DNA of 8,177 nt from Octopus sinensis (taxonomy: Eukaryota), in NCBI RefSeq assembly GCF_006345805.1, contig NW_021828538.1:1-8177 (forward strand), given 5' to 3'. The notes below the pieces were generated by a model. That model did not search any database, had not been told where the DNA came from, and saw only the letters and a list, made by a program, of their open reading frames with translations. The stretch's first letter is position 1; each line of letters starts with the position of its first letter. This document shows, piece after piece, positions 1 to 6,540 of this stretch. Made by a program: the position numbers and the translations under genes.

Positions 1-6
1 ATTCAC

Positions 7-34
7 AATAAATAATAATAATAATATATAATAA

Positions 35-90
<56 letters not shown>

Positions 91-101
91 ATAATAATAA
101 T
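7..101. repeat. Compound microsatellite (AAT)n-(AGT)18-(AAT)4
   Basis: Read directly: AAT units at 11-35 (one interruption), 18 perfect AGT units at 36-89, 4 AAT units at 90-101. Confidence 0.97.
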
Positions 102-232
102 ATAGGCACAAGGCCTGGAAATATCGACCTGGAGAAGAATTCATCTCATCCTGAAAGAATCCCAAGAAATAATCGTCAGGTTTGAAGAATCTTGTTCCCA
201 CAACACTTTAAAATATAATACTTCTAATTATA

Positions 233-600
233 ATGGCGTGGGCGTTTTGCAGAAAGTATGATCTAGAATATCCCGCAATGTTGTACGAGCACCAAACATT
301 TGCCACTAGCAGAGAATGGTTTGGTGAAATTGGCATAGCGTAAGACAATCTACACAGAAAAAGAAGCTTCCACATAACCGACCAGGTACCAGATATGAAT
401 CTTCAGCTGACGAATGAACCGCCTTCAACGACGGAGCTATTTTTGTAAACCAGAAAATTGTGGAAAGAGAAAAAGGAGAAAGCCGGAAAGTACCATGGAG
501 CTTCAAGTATAAGTGTAATCCCTATAGTGATCGATGCATTTAGGACCATCTCCGAGAAAGCAATATCCTGGCATAGAAAGCTGCAAGAACTAAACTTCAT
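233..600 (+). mobile_element. Decayed non-LTR retrotransposon, R4/Dong-like clade, C-terminal restriction-like endonuclease (REL) region, left part
   Basis: Joining + frames across several frameshifts and a stop gives WAFCRKYDLEYPAMLYEHQ / ENGLVKLA* / KLPHNRPG / FNDGAIFVNQKIVEREK / EKAGKYH / SVIPIVIDAFRTISEKAISWHRKL. This follows the order of the REL-domain motifs of R4-type elements (W..C.KY..YEH, K.LWD, HNRPD, IDVA, EK..KY, PIVIGALG). The family assignment is from recalled motif knowledge. Confidence 0.8.
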
Positions 601-1034
601 CATCATCATCATTGTTCGACCGTGGTCGAGACAATGGAATTTACTATACTACGCCAGACTTCATGGTCCATCATAGCATTACGGAGGCCCTGTTGCTTGA
701 TGCCTATATTCCTGGAGATTACATCAGGGTAGGAGAGTGCGAGCCCACTGGTATCGCGAGCTGATGGCTTCCAGAAGAGAAGAGTGGAAATTACCTCGTT
801 TTCAGCTCTACAGCAATGTCCAGCAAATTGGACTCTCCTACCTTTCACAACAGATGATACAGGTGTTAATTTCTCATATATTTGTACTTTGGTTGGATGA
901 CGCTTCCACGAGAGATTTTGAGCTCTCATAATGAGGCGAGTGTAAGTTCCCTCCAACCGCCTCTCAAGCTTCTTTGATAACGTCCAAGTTTCTGAGCCAT
1001 ATAGTAGAATTGGTGCGACTGTGGCTTTGAAGCT
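601..1034 (-). mobile_element. 5'-truncated RTE-clade LINE, 3' end of the ORF with a (TGA/ATG)n tail
   Basis: The minus-strand frame is open and reads FKATVAPILLYGSETWTLSKKLERRLEGTYTRLIMRAQNLSW...RRVQFAGHCCR...VWRSIVNSIVSTTVEQ*. LLYGSETW and R..F.GH are hallmarks of the post-RT region of RTE-clade LINEs. The stop at 609-611 runs straight into a trinucleotide tail (CAT x5 at 598-612 on +). TTCAT flanks both ends (596-600 and 1035-1039). Confidence 0.9.
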
Positions 1035-1157
1035 TTCATATTTCACAGGAAGTACACTGTTAGCAGTAATGCATCTTGTAGGTTGTTGTAACCACTGAAG
1101 AGAAGATTTTTACGCTGCCATCAAATGAGAAAATTTTAGGATAATTACTAATGTTAA
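1035..1157 (+). mobile_element. Right-hand remainder of the R4/Dong-like element (ORF end, short 3' UTR, decayed TAA-like tail)
   Basis: Past the RTE insert the + strand reads Q(fs)STLLAVMHLVG, resembling the LQK..LLGT.HILR terminus of REL ORFs. It is followed by GGTTGTTGTAACC and an AT-rich decayed tail (ATAATTACTAATGTTAAT). The right boundary is approximate. Confidence 0.55.
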
Positions 1158-1385
1158 TGTATGTGATACTAGCGCCACGGCTTTCAAAAAGTAACAAAAG
1201 AAAAAGGATTAATATATAAACAAATAAATAAAATTAATATGATCTAGCAGAAAATCGATCGTAGCAGAATTTGAATTCAGAATTTAGAGAAGTGAAACAG
1301 ATATTATAAGAAGCCGGCAATAATATATTCTGCGTTGCACCCACTTTGATTACTGACGATCGCTCTAAAATTAATAAGAATATTT

Positions 1386-1425
1386 GAAAATAAATAAATA
1401 AATACATAAATACATAAATAAATGA
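1386..1425. repeat. (AAAT)n tetranucleotide repeat, imperfect; a shorter one lies at about 1215-1235
   Basis: AAATAAATAAATAAATACATAAATACATAAATAAAT read directly. Confidence 0.9.
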
Positions 1426-2317
1426 CTTTATAAACAAACACTGATTAAGAATTAATTACGTCTAGGAAATCTTTAGGAAAAAATGTTTCATTTATCATCA
1501 AATAAAAGCGTTTCTCAAAAATATTCTTGTAACCTTTATACTGTAAACCAATATAAATTCAATTAACATCTTTGATTCGATTATTGATGAGAGTGTGAAA
1601 GGTTAATATTGTAAACTTCGCCGGTTTAGTACAGTCAAAGGTTAAATATTAAAATACATTCTCAAAGGCTTTCAGAAAGGACTGTTTTTAATTTTTTATT
1701 TTTATTTCGTTTTCTGAAAGTCCTTTTATGTGTTTATGAAGTTCTCCTCCCAAATCCACGGTTTCGTTTTCCATTCTTCATAGCCATGGGTCAATCAATC
1801 GAGACGGAAAATTCTGAGATGAAAACTCTGCAGAAGGTGGCACAGTGGAACTAAATTTGTTCCAAAGTGATTGACATAATCGATCGCATGCTTTTCTTGT
1901 TTCAGTGTTCGATATTTTTGCCCTAAGTTTTGACGCAAGGATTCTAAACAGGCCTGTGGTCGAAAAAATATTTCTTTCGTATTAGTCTTGAAACATGTGG
2001 CATTCTGCAGTACAATAACAAATGAAACTAATGGTTTTTAGCTCCAGTAGAAATACGTGCATGTCATGTTTTCATGTATAAAATTCACAGTCCAAACCAA
2101 TCACGTGTAAACTGTACGGTTCAATTTTTTCAGAGGCGTTTTGTAGTTGAAGATAAAACAATTTACTATAAAACTTATAAACGTTCTATATTGTATCATG
2201 TAAGAAGAATTTTCTATCATGTGATAAAATATCACTTCAGATTATAACGGCAAATTGAACGGTATTTTCATAACGCTGATGATACAAATGTGTTGTCATT
2301 AAATCACTGGAATTTAC

Positions 2318-2319
<2 letters not shown>

Positions 2320-2374
<55 letters not shown>

Positions 2375-2416
2375 AGAGAGACAGAAGACAGATAGGTAGA
2401 TAGACAGGCAGAGAGC
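2320..2416. repeat. (TA)26 followed by a degenerate GA/GACA/GATA tract
   Basis: Perfect TA run at 2320-2371, then AGGGAGAGAGACAGAAGACAGATAGGTAGATAGACAGGCAGAGAG. Confidence 0.95.
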
Positions 2417-3546
2417 TACATATATATATACCGAGGTTAGACAAATTTATGATCTTCCAGGAATACGTGAAATGATTCTTTCCGGAAAGAGTGGGTCTCG
2501 AATCAAAGAAAATCTATAACAAATCGGTTGTGAATATTGATCTGAAAAACTCTTTTACATAGAAACGCCCGACCACATGTTATACGTTAATTCAGTTTTA
2601 TACATCATCCCCATTAGAATTTATTCATTTAATTAACTATAATTTTAACAATGAGACATTTAAATGTGTAAATAATTAATAGTGTTTAATATAACAGAAT
2701 ATTCAAAGAGTTTATTAAATTACATTTAATTAAGGGATATAATCACGTTATCTAATACAATTAGAGTGAACAATTAGTGAAATCTTTAAATAAACAAGTA
2801 CGTAATTATATAACACTTAGGTTTAATATTAGTTAATGTAATACAATCTCCAGAAGTTAAGGCGTCTGATGCCTGGTAGTTGAATAATAACCGAATACAA
2901 GAATTTAATAAAGTATAAAAAATAATTATTACCGACAGAATCAGTATTAATACGAAATCGTAATACTCCGCCTCACATAATCGCTTTTGTGTTAGAACAA
3001 AGGATACTGCGAAATGTATCACGAGAGAACCTGCCATATAATATTTGGGTGCGTTTAAGCACTCTTGTTTAGATCGTGTGATCAGATCACGTGATTTCGG
3101 TTTCCCCTGGCCATATCAGAGTTAGACTCTCGACTGCTACTTTAAAGCAGAAATATCTCTGCCAGAGATATATATATACAAATCACAGTGCCTAATAGAG
3201 TTTAACTTCGTTAATGTGTTTGAAAAGAATATGTATTTTGAATGTAACAAATAAAAAATTATTCTGCAAGAATTAATGAATTCCAAGAAATTTTAAACAA
3301 TTAGGAATTTGGAAACATTTCAAGAAGTTGATAAAAAAAAGTTTCTCCCGCCCCACGATGGGTCTCTTACTCATCTGTCTGTCTTATTCATATGTCCGGT
3401 TTGTCTTCTCGCGATGCAATTTTTCCTGTTCAATATTTGCCGATGCCGACAAGAATAATTTTTTCGCGGTCGTTTGTGTCTTTATATTCTCTTAAGTACG
3501 CACCCGATACTACATGTTGTAGTACTCTATGAACACATACAAGTTG

Positions 3547-3584
3547 TTGGTAAGCAAGCTACTTACCACATAGCCACTCCTACG

Positions 3585-3586
<2 letters not shown>
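3547..3586 (-). mobile_element. Isolated 5' head fragment of the same tRNA-SINE family as 3647-4052
   Basis: TTGGTAAGCAAGCTACTTACCACATAGCCACTCCTACGCC matches 4013-4052 at 38 of 40 positions. It contains the A box but not the B box. Confidence 0.9.
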
Positions 3587-3626
<40 letters not shown>

Positions 3627-3645
3627 TATATATATATATATATAT
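3587..3645. repeat. (TA)n microsatellite with a CA interruption, lying between two SINE copies
   Basis: Read directly. Confidence 0.95.
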
Positions 3646-3646
3646 T

Positions 3647-4052
3647 ATTCTTTTACTCTTTTACTTGTTTCAGTCATTTGACTGCGGCCATGCTGGAGCA
3701 CCGCCTTTAGTCGAGCAACTTGACCCCGGGACTTATTCTTCGTAAGCCCAGTACTTATTCTATCGGTCTCTTTTGCCGAACCGCTAAGTGACGGGGACAT
3801 AAACACACAAACATCGGTTGTCAAGCAATGCTAGGGGGACAAACGCAGACACACAAACACACACATATATATATATATATACATATATACGATGGGCTTC
3901 TTTCAGTTTCCGTCTACCAGATCCACTCACAAGGCTTTGGTCGGCCCGAGGCTATAGTAGAAGGTAGTTGCCCAAGGTGCCACGCAGTGGGACTGAACCC
4001 GGAACTATGTGGTTGGTAAGCAAGCTACTTACCACACAGCCACTCCTGCGCC
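3647..4052 (-). mobile_element. Apparently full-length tRNA-derived SINE (family A), ~405 bp
   Basis: The minus strand starts GGCGCAGGAGTGGCTGTGTGGTAAG (A box TGGCTGTGTGG) with B box GGTTCAGTCCC. It continues with a CCTTGGGCAA-led body, an internal TA/GT microsatellite (~3845-3888) and an AAGTAAAAGAGTAAAAGAAT tail. TA tracts flank both sides. It resembles the abundant octopus SINEs as I recall them. Confidence 0.9.
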
Positions 4053-4344
4053 TATATATACAAAAATATATATATATCTGTATTCTATTTCGCATCGATT
4101 GCAGCTACAGCATGTTGATTACGTTTATTAAACCACTGATATCATGTATGTATAATGTAAAGAATAACATTTCGCTTCATTCTTTCAACTTTCTCCTATG
4201 TTGTTCAACCTGTTCGCACGAACCATTTATAGATTCTTTTTCTCTCCTTTACCTTTCTATTCCAGTGATTTCTATAAATTTCCTCTTCTATTTTTACTTA
4301 TAATCTTTTCTCTCACTAATCATTATATACCAGAATACATAAAC

Positions 4345-4390
4345 GCATACACACACACACATACACAGATACACACAAACACACATTCAC
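4345..4390. repeat. Degenerate (CA)n tract; a similar CA/TA-rich tract lies at about 4660-4746
   Basis: Read directly. Confidence 0.8.
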
Positions 4391-4828
4391 ATGCGCGCTC
4401 GCGTACGAACGCAGGTACGGACAACTGCACACATAGGAATTCACAAGCTATTTTCTATTGGCGCACTCACATAAAATCCAAACAGATTCACATATATTTT
4501 CGAAATTGCCCTTCAATTTGTTCGTACTAAAATTTAGACGTACATAAACTTTTAATTCGTATAACGAGTTATAATACGCTGTTCGAGTATGAGGCAGATG
4601 CATGTGCACCTACTAGCGTACATACCTAGCAATACGCTCCTGTACCTTTAATAAAATCATACACATGCACCGGCATTCACACATACACGCAATATATACA
4701 TATACATACATGCACACATAAATACAAATATATATATATATATATCACATCTATTTTCTTTCCTCCACCACACTCGCTATTTTGTATTCTATCTAAATTA
4801 ACTATTACTTAACCATCCTCTCACACCC

Positions 4829-4878
4829 TCTCCGATGAAGGGATATAATTGCAAAATAACCTGGAAACAGCTGTAAGG
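4829..4878 (+). ncRNA. Minimal type-I hammerhead-ribozyme-like motif (Penelope-associated type), non-canonical core
   Basis: Elements in order: CCGATGA (4832-4838, versus canonical CUGANGA); stem II GGGATAT/ATAACCT (4840-4846/4856-4862); GAAA (4864-4867); 2-bp stem III with palindromic AC-AGCT-GT; GUA cleavage triplet (4873-4875); 3-bp stem I TCT/AGG (4829-4831/4876-4878). Confidence 0.5.
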
Positions 4879-5211
4879 CCTTCTATCTATAAATGTTCTA
4901 CACAGCCTTGGTTTTTCATATCATTACGCAAAAAAGTCTTATATATATATACACACAATAGTTCCTTGGTTTACGAACGCCTCTGATCACAAAAAGTCGT
5001 GCTTCTATATCTATAACTATATATCTCTCTATATATGTATATGTGTGTGTATTATATATATATATATATATACGTTATATAAGATATATATTATGCATGT
5101 GTTTGTATGGTTGCTCTATACGTATATGGAAGGATATAATTAACCTGGTCATTTACTCCCCCATGTATACATTGTCTATATTGGCTCTTTCTTTTTTTTT
5201 CTATTTGGCAG

Positions 5212-5361
5212 TTGTACAAGGCACGATCCGATGTTCACGTTGTGATTCAAGAATGGACAGCTTTTATGGCGAATGCGAGGAGTCTCCACCATCCCCAACT
5301 CAATGTCCAGAGGTACCCAACTCCAAGTACTGCTTAATATTGAGGGAAACGACTTTTGCAG
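5212..5361 (+). CDS. Internal exon of a Ly6/uPAR (LU, three-finger) domain protein, quiver/sleepless-like; end of signal peptide plus Cys1-Cys5
   Basis: Acceptor CTTTCTTTTTTTTTCTATTTGGCAG (AG at 5210-5211) and donor CAG|GTAAAC (GT at 5362-5363); 150 nt, phase 1 at both ends. Translation (x)VQGTIRCSRCDSRMDSFYGECEESPPSPTQCPEVPNSKYCLILRETTFA(x), with spacing C-x2-C-x10-C-x9-C-x8-C and a VQG|TIRC signal-cleavage-like junction. It is a GC-balanced island in AT-rich DNA. Confidence 0.85.
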
Positions 5362-5644
5362 GTAAACCACACGAAATACATTTTATTGCGTACCTTTACA
5401 TATATCTATAATCGACATCGGTATAATCACTGGCGAATCATACATCATACAAACAACAACACCATCAACAACAACAACAAAATAATCTTTTACTTATAGC
5501 CAAACGTAAATAACCTTCGTCCTCTTTTTGTGTCTCTCCCGGTTGCCATAAACGCCATTGTATCATCCCGAGATTCTGCTTGTAAAAATCGTAACCATAT
5601 TTCGCTAAGGGGAACATAACATGAAACTACATTAAATTCCCCCG

Positions 5645-5995
5645 TCGCTTGGTTGTGAGTTCAAATTCCACCGAGGTCGACTTTGACTTTCATGCTTTCG
5701 GGGTTGATAAACTAAATACATATTTCTTTACTACTCACAAGGGGCTAAACACAGATAGGACAAACAAGGACAGATAAACGGATTAAGTCGATTACATCGA
5801 ACCCAGTGCGTAACTGGTACTTAATTTATCGACCCCGAAAGGATGAAAGGCAAAGACGACATCGGCGGAATTTGAACTCAACGTAACGCAGACGAAATAC
5901 CGCTAAGCATTTCGCCCGGCATGCTAACGTTCCTGCCAGCTCGCCGTCTTAGATAAACTGAATACCAGTTGAGTGCTGGGTCGATGTCTGTCCAT
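5645..5995 (+). mobile_element. Older 5'-degenerate tRNA-SINE (family B-like), split into 5645-5719 and 5952-5995 by an inverted younger copy
   Basis: GAGTTCAAATTCC (B box) to GATAAACTAAATAC, resuming as GATAAACTGAATACCAGTTGAGTGCTGGGTCGATGT. Both halves are colinear with the reverse complement of the inner element. Outer boundaries are approximate. Confidence 0.8.
5720..5951 (-). mobile_element. tRNA-derived SINE (family B), ~232 bp, with a 14-bp target-site duplication
   Basis: The minus strand starts GACGGCGAGCTGGCAGGAACGTTAG (A-box-like) with B box GAGTTCAAATTCC (5867-5879) and ends GTAGTAAAGAAATAT. It is flanked by GATAAACTAAATAC (5706-5719) and GATAAACTGAATAC (5952-5965), 13/14 identical. 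Confidence 0.92.
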
Positions 5996-6090
5996 CTGGT
6001 AATTGGATGGCTTCTCTGTTTAGTACCTGTCCCGTTTTCATGAATAGTATTGCACACTTGTCTATACCAAATTCCAAGCCTTTATTTTAG

Positions 6091-6218
6091 AATCAGTTCC
6101 CTTAGTCTGCCGATCTCGTGGTATTCGTTCTATCCCTCAATTTAACAAAACCATCGACACCAACACATCTACCAGTTGTGGGAAAGTTCATTGGTGCAAC
6201 CATTCTTTCGCTGATTGA
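6091..6218 (+). CDS. Candidate terminal exon of the LU-domain gene (tentative)
   Basis: Acceptor CCTTTATTTTAG (AG at 6089-6090) is phase-1 compatible with the 5361 donor. It reads (E)SVPLVCRSRGIRSIPQFNKTIDTNTSTSCGKVHWCNHSFAD*, ending C-x5-CN like the LU terminal motif, with AATAAA at 6239-6244. It lacks the usual CC/CxC pair, so it may be chance. Confidence 0.33.
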
Positions 6219-6324
6219 GTTATAAAAATGTATATATTAATAAAAATCTTTATGTAGTCCACCATCTGCGAAACATCGATGTACGTATGGAGATTCAATT
6301 AGACTAATGTAAACGAATCCGAAA

Positions 6325-6400
6325 ACCACACACGAACAACATCAACACCAATGTCACCTTCGACACCAACACCAACACCATCAAGGCAAACCCAACAACA
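6325..6400. repeat. Degenerate (AAC/ACC)n low-complexity tract; a smaller (CAA)n lies at about 5450-5480
   Basis: ACAACATCAACACCAATGTCACCTTCGACACCAACACCAACACCATC read directly. Confidence 0.65.
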
Positions 6401-6540
6401 TTACACGCTGCTTTTTAAGTGTGCCGAGAGATGTTAAAACGGAAATCAAAGAACGCATCGAACCGTCTTTTTCCATTATTCTTCTTATACATGACAGTAG
6501 CAAATAATCACCTGACCACATATCGCCTGCTACAGTGGAA

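Noticed and set aside
306-931. ORFs 306-506, 403-612 and 737-931
   Set aside because: They are antisense or shadow frames of the two LINE fragments.
1596-1725. AAAGGTTAA twice (TTAA-ended, piggyBac/MITE-like) and CTTTCAGAA/TTCTGAAAG inverted 9-mers
   Set aside because: The AAAGGTTAA copies are direct rather than inverted and no partner terminus is present. The 9-mers do not extend and are expected in AT-rich DNA.
1889-1985. Strong acceptor-like tract TGCTTTTCTTGTTTCAG
   Set aside because: No convincing donor follows and no meaningful peptide appears in any frame. A non-coding exon cannot be excluded but is unsupported.
2786-3037. 83-aa hydrophobic minus-strand ORF (MAGSLVIHF...)
   Set aside because: It has no recognisable motif, and its composition (I, L, F, Y) is what AT-rich non-coding DNA yields by chance.
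3474-3549. Hydrophobic frame ending at the SINE-derived phase-1 donor, as the LU signal exon
   Set aside because: There is no in-frame ATG and a stop lies at 3456-3458. The only ATGs in the region are in other frames.
3474-4530. ORFs 3474-3710, 3828-4019 and 3968-4303
   Set aside because: They read through SINE and TA/CA microsatellite sequence.
5043-5411. 122-aa ORF taken as a whole gene
   Set aside because: The parts outside 5212-5361 are TA-repeat and polypyrimidine intron sequence. Only the splice-bounded core is credible.
6211-6285. Second hammerhead-like pattern: CTGATTGA ... GAA-ACATCGATGT-A with a 10-bp palindrome
   Set aside because: The core has an extra base, the 51-nt spacer forms no stem II, and stem I is only 2 bp.
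6325-6435. Mucin-like TTSTPMSPSTPTPTPS frame as a stalk exon of the LU protein
   Set aside because: It is explained by a decayed trinucleotide repeat, and the nearest acceptor gives an immediate stop in phase 1.
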